Shown: positions 28,986 through 47,794 of the stretch, one piece after another
Position numbering within the stretch: the first letter of the stretch is position 1
Layout: every line of letters starts with the position of its first letter
NCBI RefSeq assembly: GCF_044647545.1
Contig: NZ_CP172818.1
DNA length: 64,000 nucleotides
DNA from: Escherichia coli
GTDB lineage: Bacteria; Pseudomonadota; Gammaproteobacteria; Enterobacterales; Enterobacteriaceae
Strand: one strand, 5' to 3'
Position numbers and translations under genes: made by a program
The notes under the pieces: model-generated
Seen by the model: only the letters and a program-made list of their open reading frames with translations
The model's database searches: none
Told to the model about the DNA's origin: nothing

Positions 28986-29876
28986 TTACCACACAGCAGC
29001 CAGCAGCGTATGCGAGTCCGGCACCATAAAATCAACGGACATCATTACCGAGAGGGCAGTGATGGCGATGATAGAGAAGCCGAACAGCTTGCGCGCCCAG
29101 ATTCGATCATCAGCAACTTTATAACCGCGCAGGGCCATACCTAACCACCAGACGCTCACCGCCGCGGCGACCACCAGATATTTATACCCAGCGTAACCGC
29201 CAAGAGAGAGCATCAGCGTGGCAACGGCAAAGGCGATGATATACAGCGTGATGTGATTCTTCGCCACCGAAATGCCTTTTACCACTGGCAATACCGGAAT
29301 GTTTGCCGCTTGGTAATCCTTAAAGCGGAAAATGGCGATGGCATAGGAGTGAGGCATCTGCCACAGGCTGAAGATAGCCAGCAGGATCGCTGCGCCGCTA
29401 TCGAACTCGCCGGTTACCGCACAGTAGCCAATCACCGGCGGCGCAGCGCCTGAGAGCGAACCAATCAATGTGCCGTAGACTGAGTGGCGTTTCATGTACA
29501 GGCTATAAACGCCGACATAAACCACAAAGCCCATCACCCCCAGCCAGCAGGCCAGCGGATTCGCGCCAAACCACAGCAGCATAAAGCCAGCAATACCCAG
29601 CAAGGTGGCGTACACCAGCGAGACAGCAGGAGAGATCAGGCCTTTAACCAGCACCCGATTCTTCGTCCTTTCCATCTTTCTGTCGATATCCCTGTCGATG
29701 TAGTTGTTAAACACACAACCCGACGCCACAACCAGTGACACCCCAACCAGCGTGTAGATAAACAGGGGATAATCAATGCTGCCCTTTGAGGCCAGCAGGA
29801 ATCCCCCAATCACCGAGATCAGGTTGCCAAAGATGATGCCTGGTTTCGTTACTTGCAGGTATTGCTTAAACATCAT
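28986..29876 (-). CDS. cyoE: Protoheme IX farnesyltransferase (heme O synthase)
   Basis: ORF 28986..29921 trimmed to [22 protein letters not shown] (296 aa); UbiA-type prenyltransferase. Confidence 0.93.
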
Positions 29877-29887
29877 AACCGCCGCTC

Positions 29888-32824
<2,937 letters not shown>

Positions 32825-32833
32825 TCAACCCCT

Positions 32834-33784
<951 letters not shown>

Positions 33785-34240
33785 ACGACCTCAATTCCAC
33801 GGGATCTGGTGGCGTTTAAAGTGTGTGGGCATTTTACGGGAAGGTTACATTACTGTAAACATGATTAAATTCCTGTTACTTGGATTTGGCTTCCAGGTCA
33901 CATATGTTGCAAAACATATCGGATTGATTTTAAGAAGCTGTTGCAAAAGGGCGTTATAACAAAAGGGGAGTGCAGAAGGAGTCTGGGCGGGCAATTGGTA
34001 TAACCAATGCGAAATAAAACAATTATTTAACAAATAATTATCATTAAGGTGACAACTTGGTAGTGAGAAAATAAAGACTCATTAGCTGAATCGTGTAAGA
34101 AAAATAGAATTCATAAATGGCGTCAATAATTTCCAGACGCTAAGCCGCACAAAAGAACAAATATTAATAAGCGATGCTGATGTTTATTTAGCCGTAATAA
34201 TTACGGCGAGTGATTACTACAGCTAAATAATATTTACAGA

Positions 34241-35716
34241 TTACGTCAGATGCGTTTTTCGTAGCGCCAGATAATCCAGTAAACCACCAAGCACGACGCC
34301 AGAAAGGGCGACTAAAACCCCGACTTCCAGCAGAGCAGGCAGGAAAGAGAAGTGCGTCAAATCCAGCGCGTCCATCGTCAACAGCAGTAACCACACGGCC
34401 AACAGGCTGACGCCCGCCGCCAGTGTCCACATGGCAAAGGCATAACCTGCCGGATATTCGGTACGGGAGATAAAGTTGTCATTTACTCGTGTATATTCAA
34501 GCGTCTGGCGACAAATCAGCAGTAAAATAAGCCCTGGTACGGCAGCGGCGACGGAGAACAGATAGAATGTCGACCAGCCGTGTGCTTCAACAAACCAACC
34601 CGCCACGGGGCCGACATAAACTCGCCCTACAGCAGAAAGCGCTGAGAGCAGGGCAAATTGAGTAGCGGAAAATGACTTATTACACAGCGTCATTAACAGC
34701 GCGACAAAGGCTGATGTACCCATCCCGCCACAGAGGTTTTCGAAAAAGACGGCTGCACCCATGCTGTAGAGATGCTTATCAGTAATCGACAGCAGCCAGT
34801 AACCGGCGTTAGATGCACCTTGTAAAATGCCGAAAATCAGCAGTGCACGGAACAGCGACAGGCGCTGCATCAAAATCCCACCGTACAATGCGCCAACAAT
34901 GGTCGCCAGTAAGCCAAGCGTTTTGTTAACCACGCCTACTTCACCCGCATCAAACCCGACGCCGCGAATCAAAAACGTGGTTGTCAGGCTCATAGCGAAT
35001 GCGTCGCCCAGCTTATACAGCACGATAAGAAGCAAAATAAGCCAGGCATTATTGCGACCAAAGAAATCGCGCAGAGGTGCAACAACCGCTTGTTCCAGCG
35101 TTTTGGGCACAGGAATGGTGTCGGTGGGTTCTGGTGCAAGCAACGTCGCGATAATACAGGGGATCAACAGCGCCGCCATCAACCAGTACATGCCCTGCCA
35201 GCCCAGCCATTTATCTGCCAGCCACAGGGCTAAGCCGCCGGAAACCAGCATCCCTAAACGGTAACCCAGCACGCTGATTGCCGCGCCCGCACCACGTTCT
35301 TCTGCCGGGAGCACATCGGTTTTCCATGCATCGAAGACAATATCCTGGGAGGCAGAGCAAAAAGCGATCACCACCGCCAGTGCCGCCATCCAGCGGAGCT
35401 GGGTGCCTGGTTCGAGAAAACCCATCGCCGCAATGGCGACTAATAACAGAATTTGCGTGGCGAGCAGCCAACCGCGCCGCCGCCCGAAAAATGGGGGCGT
35501 GTAGCGGTCCATCAGTGGTGACCAGAGGAATTTAAAAACGTAAGCCTGGCCTACCAGAGAGAAGAAACCAATGGTTTTAAGATCGATATTCTCGACCGTC
35601 ATCCAGGCCTGTAAGGTGCCGGACGTCAGGGCGAGCGGTAGCCCGGAAGCAAAACCCAGAATCAGCAATATGGCTGAACGTGGCTGTTGAAAAATACGTA
35701 AATATTGACTGGACAT
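34241..35716 (-). CDS. ampG: Anhydromuropeptide permease AmpG
   Basis: 491 aa MFS, MSSQYLRIFQQPRSAILLILGFASGLPLALTSGTLQAWM. Confidence 0.95.
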   Translation of the reverse strand: MSSQYLRIFQQPRSAILLILGFASGLPLALTSGTLQAWMTVENIDLKTIGFFSLVGQAYVFKFLWSPLMDRYTPPFFGRRRGWLLATQILLLVAIAAMGFLEPGTQLRWMAALAVVIAFCSASQDIVFDAWKTDVLPAEERGAGAAISVLGYRLGMLVSGGLALWLADKWLGWQGMYWLMAALLIPCIIATLLAPEPTDTIPVPKTLEQAVVAPLRDFFGRNNAWLILLLIVLYKLGDAFAMSLTTTFLIRGVGFDAGEVGVVNKTLGLLATIVGALYGGILMQRLSLFRALLIFGILQGASNAGYWLLSITDKHLYSMGAAVFFENLCGGMGTSAFVALLMTLCNKSFSATQFALLSALSAVGRVYVGPVAGWFVEAHGWSTFYLFSVAAAVPGLILLLICRQTLEYTRVNDNFISRTEYPAGYAFAMWTLAAGVSLLAVWLLLLTMDALDLTHFSFLPALLEVGVLVALSGVVLGGLLDYLALRKTHLT

Positions 35717-35759
35717 GGGCGTCTACAGGCCCGGCTTGCACCGGGCCAGAGGGCAGAAA

Positions 35760-36338
35760 TTAACGCGCGTTCTGCTTGATGAATTCGTGGATGCTGGTGT
35801 CCTGAGACATATCAGCGATGGTATCGGTCAGCACACTGTTAACCGCATCGGCGATATTTTTGTTGGAGGCCTGGAACGCACCTTCAACGTTGTAGCTGGC
35901 ACGATAGTTTTTGGTCATTTTGTTGCCATTCTGCGCGGTAGCGATGATAGCGATATCCGCTTTGGTGGCGATGTTATAGCGCACGTTGCCCTGGGACACG
36001 TCAGCATACAGTTGGCTAACGATGATTTGCAGATTAACCGGGCCATTCGGACCAACCATGTAACCACGCGCGGTCATCTGTTTTTCCAGCACTTCTTGCA
36101 GCAGGAAACGCAGATCGCGGGAGGCGGTCAGGGTAACGATTTGATTATCGCGGGTGACTTTTGCCAGCGCCTGATCGGTACGCTGATCGGCACCATTAAT
36201 GCTTACGGTGACGCCCATCAGGCTTGGATCCTGCTGTGGCAGTGTTATCGTCGGTGAAACTTCAATAGTTGTTGGCGGTTTTGCGCATCCTGCAAGCATA
36301 AACAGAGCAACTAACGGGAAGAGGATTTTTTTGAACAT
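35760..36338 (-). CDS. yajG: Lipoprotein YajG
   Basis: ORF 35760..36497 trimmed to MFKKILFPLVALFMLAGC (lipobox), 192 aa; directly upstream of ampG. Confidence 0.9.
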   Translation of the reverse strand: MFKKILFPLVALFMLAGCAKPPTTIEVSPTITLPQQDPSLMGVTVSINGADQRTDQALAKVTRDNQIVTLTASRDLRFLLQEVLEKQMTARGYMVGPNGPVNLQIIVSQLYADVSQGNVRYNIATKADIAIIATAQNGNKMTKNYRASYNVEGAFQASNKNIADAVNSVLTDTIADMSQDTSIHEFIKQNAR

Positions 36339-36642
36339 GTTCGGGCTCTCAGAGACTCTTAAGCGTGTTTGGTAAAAATTCCCGCCATCATAACATTGCC
36401 AACGGCGAGGGGAAGTGGGTAAGGCATGTAAATTCATCATGTTGACGAAATAATCGCCCCTGGTAAAAGAAACGCTGATGCGAGGCCTGTGTTTCAATCT
36501 TTAAATCAGTAAACTTCATACGCTTGACGGAAAAACCAGGACGAAACCTAAATATTTGTTGTTAAGCTGCAATGGAAACGGTAAAAGCGGCTAGTATTTA
36601 AAGGGATGGATGACATCTCAGCGTTGTCGGAGGAGATATTTC

Positions 36643-36960
36643 ATGATGATACGTGAGCGGATAGAAGAAAAATTAAGGGCGGCGTTCCAACCCGTATTCC
36701 TCGAAGTAGTGGATGAAAGCTATCGTCACAATGTCCCAGCCGGCTCTGAAAGCCATTTTAAAGTTGTGCTGGTCAGCGATCGTTTTACGGGTGAACGTTT
36801 TCTGAATCGTCATCGAATGATTTACAGTACTTTAGCGGAGGAACTCTCTACTACCGTTCATGCGCTGGCTCTGCATACTTACACTATTAAGGAGTGGGAA
36901 GGGTTGCAGGATACCGTCTTTGCCTCTCCTCCCTGTCGTGGAGCAGGAAGCATCGCGTAA
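36643..36960 (+). CDS. bolA: Stress-response morphogene transcription regulator BolA
   Basis: ORF 36610..36960 trimmed to ATG at 36643 (105 aa, [32 protein letters not shown]). Confidence 0.93.
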
Positions 36961-37294
36961 AAACGCATTTGCAACTGTCGGCGCTTTTCCAGTATGTTGC
37001 TAAAGATTTTATGAAAAACGGCCTGCGGGCCGTTTTGTTTTGTCTGGATTTTGCGCTTTTTGCCCAGCATTCAGACGAAAATTGCCCGGGAATTGTGAAA
37101 AAATACGCGACAGCGCGCAATAACCGTTCTCGACTCATAAAAGTGATGCCGCTATAATGCCGCGTCCTATTTGAATGCTTTCGGGATGATTCTGGTAACA
37201 GGGAATGTGATTGATTATAAGAACATCCCGGTTCCGCGAAGCCAACAACCTGTGCTTGCGGGGTAAGAGTTGACCGAGCACTGTGATTTTTTGA

Positions 37295-38602
<1,308 letters not shown>

Positions 38603-38635
38603 TTTACGCAGCATAACGCGCTAAATTCGCACAAA

Positions 38636-38668
38636 GGCCCGTCACCGCCAGGTGGTGGGCTTTTTTTT
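38636..38668 (+). terminator. Rho-independent terminator after tig
   Basis: ggcccgtcaccgccaggtggtgggc hairpin followed by T8. Confidence 0.8.
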
Positions 38669-38739
38669 GTCATGAATTTTGCATGGAACCGTGCGAAAAG
38701 CCTCTTTCGGTGTTAGCGTAACAACAAAAGATTGTTATG

Positions 38740-38768
38740 CTTGAAATATGGTGATGCCGTACCCATAA
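38740..38768 (+). promoter_or_regulatory. Sigma-32 heat-shock promoter of clpP-clpX
   Basis: -35 CTTGAAA (38740-38746), 15-nt spacer, -10 CCCATAA (38762-38768), matching the sigma-32 consensus CTTGAA / CCCCATNT. Confidence 0.65.
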
Positions 38769-38847
38769 CACAGGGACTAGCTGATAATCCGTCCATAAGG
38801 TTACAATCGGTACAGCAGGTTTTTTCAATTTTATCCAGGAGACGGAA

Positions 38848-39471
38848 ATGTCATACAGCGGCGAACGAGATAACTTTGCACCCCATATGGCGCTGGTGCC
38901 GATGGTCATTGAACAGACCTCACGAGGTGAGCGCTCTTTTGATATCTATTCTCGTCTACTTAAGGAACGCGTCATTTTTCTGACTGGCCAGGTTGAAGAC
39001 CACATGGCTAACCTGATTGTGGCGCAGATGCTGTTCCTGGAAGCAGAAAACCCAGAAAAAGATATCTATCTGTACATTAACTCTCCAGGCGGGGTGATTA
39101 CTGCCGGGATGTCTATCTATGACACCATGCAGTTTATCAAGCCTGATGTCAGCACCATCTGTATGGGCCAGGCGGCCTCGATGGGCGCTTTCTTGCTGAC
39201 TGCAGGGGCAAAAGGTAAACGTTTCTGCCTGCCGAATTCGCGCGTGATGATTCACCAGCCGTTGGGCGGCTACCAGGGCCAGGCGACCGATATCGAAATT
39301 CATGCCCGTGAAATTCTGAAAGTTAAAGGGCGCATGAATGAACTTATGGCGCTTCATACGGGTCAATCATTAGAACAGATTGAACGTGATACCGAGCGCG
39401 ATCGCTTCCTTTCCGCCCCTGAAGCGGTGGAATACGGTCTGGTCGATTCGATTCTGACCCATCGTAATTGA
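38848..39471 (+). CDS. clpP: ATP-dependent Clp protease proteolytic subunit
   Basis: 207 aa, [38 protein letters not shown]; active-site GQAASMGA. Confidence 0.97.
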   Translation: MSYSGERDNFAPHMALVPMVIEQTSRGERSFDIYSRLLKERVIFLTGQVEDHMANLIVAQMLFLEAENPEKDIYLYINSPGGVITAGMSIYDTMQFIKPDVSTICMGQAASMGAFLLTAGAKGKRFCLPNSRVMIHQPLGGYQGQATDIEIHAREILKVKGRMNELMALHTGQSLEQIERDTERDRFLSAPEAVEYGLVDSILTHRN

Positions 39472-39596
39472 TGCCAGAGGCGCAACTGTGCCGCTATACT
39501 TATCCAGGGCGGCACAACGCTGTAAGCGGCTTGCGCCTGAGAATGGCATTTGCGTCGTCGTGTGCGGCACAAAGAACAAAGAAGAGGTTTTGACCC

Positions 39597-40871
39597 ATGA
39601 CAGATAAACGCAAAGATGGCTCAGGCAAATTGCTGTATTGCTCTTTTTGCGGCAAAAGCCAGCATGAAGTGCGCAAGCTGATTGCCGGTCCATCCGTGTA
39701 TATCTGCGACGAATGTGTTGATTTATGTAACGACATCATTCGCGAAGAGATTAAAGAAGTTGCACCGCATCGTGAACGCAGTGCGCTACCAACGCCGCAT
39801 GAAATTCGCAACCACCTGGACGATTACGTTATCGGTCAGGAACAGGCGAAAAAAGTGCTGGCGGTCGCGGTATACAACCACTACAAACGTCTGCGCAACG
39901 GAGATACCAGCAATGGCGTCGAGTTGGGCAAAAGTAACATTCTGCTGATCGGTCCGACCGGTTCCGGTAAAACGCTGCTGGCCGAAACGCTGGCGCGCCT
40001 GCTGGACGTTCCGTTCACCATGGCTGACGCAACCACGCTGACCGAAGCCGGTTATGTGGGCGAAGACGTTGAAAACATCATTCAGAAGCTGTTGCAGAAG
40101 TGCGATTACGACGTACAGAAAGCGCAGCGCGGGATTGTCTACATCGATGAAATCGACAAGATTTCTCGTAAGTCAGACAACCCGTCCATTACCCGAGACG
40201 TTTCCGGTGAAGGCGTACAGCAGGCACTGTTAAAACTGATCGAAGGTACGGTAGCTGCTGTTCCGCCGCAAGGTGGGCGTAAACATCCGCAACAGGAATT
40301 CTTGCAGGTTGATACCTCTAAGATCCTGTTTATCTGTGGCGGTGCGTTTGCCGGTCTGGATAAAGTGATTTCCCATCGTGTAGAAACCGGTTCCGGCATT
40401 GGTTTTGGCGCGACGGTAAAAGCGAAGTCCGACAAAGCAAGCGAAGGTGAACTGCTGGCGCAGGTTGAACCGGAAGATCTGATCAAGTTTGGTCTGATCC
40501 CTGAGTTCATTGGTCGTCTGCCGGTTGTCGCAACGTTGAATGAACTGAGCGAAGAAGCTCTGATTCAGATCCTCAAAGAGCCGAAAAACGCCCTGACCAA
40601 GCAGTATCAGGCACTGTTTAATCTGGAAGGCGTGGATCTGGAATTCCGTGACGAGGCGCTGGATGCTATCGCTAAGAAAGCGATGGCGCGTAAAACCGGT
40701 GCCCGTGGCCTGCGTTCCATCGTAGAAGCCGCACTGCTCGATACCATGTACGATCTGCCGTCCATGGAAGACGTCGAAAAAGTGGTTATCGACGAATCGG
40801 TAATTGATGGTCAAAGCAAGCCGTTGCTGATTTATGGCAAGCCGGAAGCGCAACAGGCATCTGGTGAATAA
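39597..40871 (+). CDS. clpX: ATP-dependent Clp protease ATP-binding subunit ClpX
   Basis: 424 aa, zinc-binding N-domain CSFCGK...CDEC, Walker A GPTGSGKT. Confidence 0.97.
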
Positions 40872-40901
40872 TTAACCATTCCCATACAATTAGTTAACCA
40901 A

Positions 40902-40930
40902 AAAGGGGGGATTTTATCTCCCCTTTAATT
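40902..40930 (+). terminator. Rho-independent terminator after clpX
   Basis: aaaggggggat...atctccccttt hairpin with T-rich tail. Confidence 0.75.
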
Positions 40931-40940
40931 TTTCCTCTAT

Positions 40941-40975
40941 TCTCGGCGTTGAATGTGGGGGAAACATCCCCATAT
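40941..40975 (+). promoter_or_regulatory. Sigma-32 heat-shock promoter of lon
   Basis: tctcggcgTTGAA (40941-40953) and CCCCATATa (40967-40975) match the sigma-32 consensus TCTCNCCCTTGAA-N13-15-CCCCATNTA. Confidence 0.75.
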
Positions 40976-41058
40976 ACTGACGTACATGTTAATAGATGGC
41001 GTGAAGCACAGTCGTGTCATCTGATTACCTGGCGGAAATTAAACTAAGAGAGAGCTCT

Positions 41059-43413
41059 ATGAATCCTGAGCGTTCTGAACGCATTGAAATCCCCGTATTG
41101 CCGCTGCGCGATGTGGTGGTTTATCCGCACATGGTCATCCCCTTATTTGTCGGGCGGGAAAAATCTATCCGTTGTCTGGAAGCGGCGATGGACCATGATA
41201 AAAAAATTATGCTGGTCGCGCAGAAAGAAGCTTCAACGGATGAGCCGGGTGTAAACGATCTTTTCACCGTCGGGACCGTGGCCTCTATATTGCAGATGCT
41301 GAAACTGCCTGACGGCACCGTCAAAGTGCTGGTCGAGGGGTTACAGCGCGCGCGTATTTCTGCGCTCTCTGACAATGGCGAACACTTTTCTGCGAAGGCG
41401 GAGTATCTGGAGTCGCCGACCATTGATGAGCGGGAACAGGAAGTGCTGGTGCGTACTGCAATCAGCCAGTTCGAAGGCTACATCAAGCTGAACAAAAAAA
41501 TTCCACCAGAAGTGCTGACGTCGCTGAATAGCATCGACGATCCGGCGCGTCTGGCGGATACCATTGCTGCACATATGCCGCTGAAACTGGCTGACAAACA
41601 GTCCGTTCTGGAGATGTCCGACGTTAACGAACGTCTGGAATATCTGATGGCAATGATGGAATCGGAAATCGATCTGCTGCAGGTTGAGAAACGCATTCGC
41701 AACCGTGTTAAAAAGCAGATGGAGAAATCCCAGCGTGAGTACTATCTGAACGAGCAAATGAAAGCTATTCAGAAAGAACTCGGTGAAATGGACGACGCGC
41801 CGGACGAAAACGAAGCCCTGAAGCGCAAAATCGACGCGGCGAAAATGCCGAAAGAGGCAAAAGAGAAAGCGGAAGCAGAGTTGCAGAAGCTGAAAATGAT
41901 GTCTCCGATGTCGGCAGAAGCGACCGTAGTGCGTGGTTATATCGACTGGATGGTACAGGTACCGTGGAATGCGCGTAGCAAGGTCAAAAAAGACCTGCGT
42001 CAGGCGCAGGAAATCCTTGATACCGACCATTATGGTCTGGAGCGCGTGAAAGATCGCATCCTTGAGTATCTTGCGGTTCAAAGCCGTGTCAACAAAATCA
42101 AGGGACCGATCCTCTGCCTGGTAGGGCCACCGGGGGTAGGTAAAACGTCCCTGGGGCAGTCCATCGCCAAAGCCACCGGGCGTAAATATGTCCGTATGGC
42201 GCTGGGCGGCGTGCGTGATGAAGCGGAAATCCGTGGTCACCGCCGTACTTACATCGGTTCTATGCCGGGTAAACTGATCCAGAAAATGGCGAAAGTGGGC
42301 GTGAAAAACCCGCTGTTCCTGCTCGATGAGATCGACAAAATGTCTTCTGACATGCGAGGCGATCCGGCTTCCGCACTGCTTGAAGTGCTGGATCCAGAGC
42401 AGAACGTAGCGTTCAGCGACCACTACCTGGAAGTGGATTACGACCTTAGCGACGTGATGTTTGTCGCGACGTCGAACTCCATGAACATTCCGGCACCGCT
42501 GCTGGATCGTATGGAAGTGATTCGCCTCTCCGGTTATACCGAAGATGAAAAACTGAACATCGCCAAACGTCACCTGCTGCCGAAGCAGATTGAACGTAAT
42601 GCACTGAAAAAAGGTGAGCTGACCGTCGACGATAGCGCCATTATCGGCATTATTCGTTACTACACCCGTGAGGCGGGCGTGCGTGGTCTGGAGCGTGAAA
42701 TCTCCAAACTGTGTCGCAAAGCGGTTAAGCAGTTACTGCTCGATAAGTCATTAAAACATATCGAAATTAACGGCGATAACCTGCATGACTATCTCGGTGT
42801 TCAGCGTTTCGACTATGGTCGCGCGGATAACGAAAACCGTGTCGGTCAGGTAACTGGTCTGGCGTGGACGGAAGTGGGCGGTGACTTGCTGACCATTGAA
42901 ACCGCGTGCGTTCCGGGTAAAGGCAAACTGACCTATACCGGATCGCTTGGCGAAGTGATGCAGGAGTCCATTCAGGCGGCGTTAACGGTGGTTCGTGCGC
43001 GTGCGGAAAAACTGGGGATCAACCCTGATTTTTATGAAAAACGCGACATCCACGTCCACGTACCGGAAGGTGCGACGCCGAAAGATGGTCCGAGTGCCGG
43101 TATTGCTATGTGCACCGCGCTGGTTTCTTGCCTGACCGGTAACCCGGTTCGTGCCGATGTGGCAATGACCGGTGAGATCACTCTGCGTGGTCAGGTACTG
43201 CCTATCGGTGGTTTGAAAGAAAAACTACTGGCAGCGCATCGCGGCGGGATTAAAACAGTGTTAATTCCGTTCGAAAATAAACGCGATCTGGAAGAGATTC
43301 CTGACAACGTAATTGCCGATCTGGATATTCATCCTGTGAAACGCATTGAGGAAGTTCTGACTCTGGCGCTGCAAAATGAACCGTCTGGCATGCAGGTTGT
43401 GACTGCAAAATAG
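41059..43413 (+). CDS. lon: ATP-dependent Lon protease
   Basis: ORF 41014..43413 trimmed to [44 protein letters not shown] (784 aa); Walker [10 protein letters not shown], catalytic PKDGPSAG. Confidence 0.97.
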   Translation: MNPERSERIEIPVLPLRDVVVYPHMVIPLFVGREKSIRCLEAAMDHDKKIMLVAQKEASTDEPGVNDLFTVGTVASILQMLKLPDGTVKVLVEGLQRARISALSDNGEHFSAKAEYLESPTIDEREQEVLVRTAISQFEGYIKLNKKIPPEVLTSLNSIDDPARLADTIAAHMPLKLADKQSVLEMSDVNERLEYLMAMMESEIDLLQVEKRIRNRVKKQMEKSQREYYLNEQMKAIQKELGEMDDAPDENEALKRKIDAAKMPKEAKEKAEAELQKLKMMSPMSAEATVVRGYIDWMVQVPWNARSKVKKDLRQAQEILDTDHYGLERVKDRILEYLAVQSRVNKIKGPILCLVGPPGVGKTSLGQSIAKATGRKYVRMALGGVRDEAEIRGHRRTYIGSMPGKLIQKMAKVGVKNPLFLLDEIDKMSSDMRGDPASALLEVLDPEQNVAFSDHYLEVDYDLSDVMFVATSNSMNIPAPLLDRMEVIRLSGYTEDEKLNIAKRHLLPKQIERNALKKGELTVDDSAIIGIIRYYTREAGVRGLEREISKLCRKAVKQLLLDKSLKHIEINGDNLHDYLGVQRFDYGRADNENRVGQVTGLAWTEVGGDLLTIETACVPGKGKLTYTGSLGEVMQESIQAALTVVRARAEKLGINPDFYEKRDIHVHVPEGATPKDGPSAGIAMCTALVSCLTGNPVRADVAMTGEITLRGQVLPIGGLKEKLLAAHRGGIKTVLIPFENKRDLEEIPDNVIADLDIHPVKRIEEVLTLALQNEPSGMQVVTAK

Positions 43414-43445
43414 TGACCTCGCGCAAAATGCACTAATAAAAACAG

Positions 43446-43482
43446 GGCTGGCAGGCTAATTCGGACTTGCCAGCCTTTTTTT
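43446..43482 (+). terminator. Rho-independent terminator after lon
   Basis: ggctggca...tgccagcc hairpin followed by T7. Confidence 0.8.
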
Positions 43483-43621
43483 GTCTCGCTAAGTTAGATG
43501 GCGGATTGGGCTTGCCCTTATTAAGGGGTGTTGTAAGGGGATGGCTGGCCTGATATAACTGCTGCGCGTTCGTACCTTGAAGGATTCAAGTGCGATATAA
43601 ATTATAAAGAGGAAGAGAAGA

Positions 43622-43894
43622 GTGAATAAATCTCAATTGATCGACAAGATTGCTGCAGGGGCTGATATCTCTAAAGCTGCGGCTGGCCGTGCGTTAGATG
43701 CTATTATTGCTTCCGTAACTGAATCTCTGAAAGAAGGGGATGATGTAGCACTGGTAGGTTTTGGTACTTTTGCCGTTAAAGAGCGTGCTGCCCGTACTGG
43801 CCGCAACCCGCAGACCGGTAAAGAGATCACCATCGCTGCCGCTAAAGTACCGAGCTTCCGTGCAGGTAAAGCACTGAAAGACGCGGTAAACTAA
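43622..43894 (+). CDS. hupB: DNA-binding protein HU-beta
   Basis: 90 aa, GTG start, [50 protein letters not shown]. Confidence 0.97.
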
Positions 43895-43928
43895 GCGTTG
43901 TCCCCAGTGGGGATGTGACGAAGTTCAA

Positions 43929-43956
43929 GGGCGCATCTACTGATGTGCCTTTTTTA
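43929..43956 (+). terminator. Rho-independent terminator after hupB
   Basis: gggcgcatc/tact/gatgtgcc hairpin followed by ttttttatttg. Confidence 0.75.
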
Positions 43957-44085
43957 TTTGTAATCGGTGACTTTCTGCGTCTTGTGGGCTGACAATTGCC
44001 CCCGTTTCTTGTCACAATAGGCCTTTGCGCGCATCGATACGTTGCGTGAGGTACACAGTCATCTACAGCGGAGTGTTGTTACACC

Positions 44086-46539
<2,454 letters not shown>

Positions 46540-46584
46540 GTACTTATAACAGTTCTTATAACAACAACGTAAGGTTATTGCGCT

Positions 46585-46983
46585 ATGCAAACACAAATCA
46601 AAGTTCGTGGATATCATCTCGACGTTTACCAGCACGTAAACAACGCCCGCTACCTTGAATTTCTCGAAGAAGCCCGCTGGGATGGGTTGGAAAATAGCGA
46701 CAGTTTTCAGTGGATGACGGCCCATAACATCGCCTTCGTCGTGGTCAATATCAATATTAACTATCGTCGCCCGGCGGTATTAAGCGACCTGTTAACTATT
46801 ACCAGTCAGTTGCAGCAATTAAACGGTAAAAGTGGCATCTTAAGCCAGGTCATTACACTGGAGCCGGAAGGGCAGGTAGTAGCGGATGCGCTTATTACGT
46901 TTGTTTGTATTGATCTTAAAACGCAGAAAGCATTAGCTCTGGAAGGGGAATTGCGCGAAAAGCTGGAGCAGATGGTTAAGTAA
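46585..46983 (+). CDS. fadM: Long-chain acyl-CoA thioesterase III
   Basis: 132 aa hotdog-fold thioesterase, MQTQIKVRGYHLDVYQHVNNARYLEFLEEARWDGL. Confidence 0.93.
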   Translation: MQTQIKVRGYHLDVYQHVNNARYLEFLEEARWDGLENSDSFQWMTAHNIAFVVVNININYRRPAVLSDLLTITSQLQQLNGKSGILSQVITLEPEGQVVADALITFVCIDLKTQKALALEGELREKLEQMVK

Positions 46984-46995
46984 ACGTTTTGTGGT

Positions 46996-47020
46996 GCCGG
47001 ATGCTCAAGCCGCATCCGGC
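46996..47020. repeat. REP-like palindrome between convergent fadM and queC
   Basis: gccggatgc/tcaagcc/gcatccggc. Confidence 0.6.
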
Positions 47021-47034
47021 GACACCCGGAATAA

Positions 47035-47730
47035 TTAATTCAACCCGGTTTTCTGCTTCATCGCTGCCATCACCGTCGGTTTATCGGCCAGATAATGATT
47101 CAAACCGTTGGCGCGTAAATTACATGCCGCACAATGACCGCAACCGTCGCCTTTAATGCCGTTATAGCAGGTCAGCGTTTCGTTACGGACTAAATCCAGC
47201 TTGCCGTAATAATCTGCCAGCGCCCAGGTTTCCGCTTTATCAATCCACATCAGCGGCGTTTCAAAACGAATATCTTTCGCCATGCCTAAACTGACGGCAT
47301 GGTTTAGTGCTTTCACAAACTCATCGCGGCAATCCGGGTAGCCGGAGAAATCCGTTTCGCAGACGCCGGTAATTACGGCTTCTGCTTTTACCTGATACGC
47401 ATATATTGCCGCCAGCGTCAGGAACAAAATATTACGCCCAGGGACAAACGTATTCGGGATGCCATCGGCTTCAGGTTCATAATCAGGCACCGGAATGCTG
47501 TCACGCGTCAGGCTGCTGACCGCCAGCTCGTTGAGCAGCGTTACATCAAGAACCTTATGCGCGCGTGCTCCCAGTTTCAGCGCCAGTTCGCGTGCCACGT
47601 CGATTTCTGCGCGATGTCGCTGACCGTAATCGAACGTCACGCAATGGACTTCATCATATTGTTGTAATGCCTGCACCAGACAGGTGGTGGAATCCTGGCC
47701 TCCACTGAACACAACGACAGCACGTTTCAT
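47035..47730 (-). CDS. queC: 7-cyano-7-deazaguanine synthase
   Basis: 231 aa, PP-loop [19 protein letters not shown]-terminal zinc cysteines. Confidence 0.95.
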
Positions 47731-47794
47731 AGATAATCCTGCTTGAACAATAAAAGCGTTATGGTAACGCCTGCGATGAACCCGGACCAGCTAT

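Noticed and set aside
43960-44085. Sigma-32 promoter upstream of ppiD
   Set aside because: ppiD is heat-shock regulated, but I could not find a convincing CTTGAA / CCCCATNT pair at correct spacing in this stretch, so no promoter is annotated.
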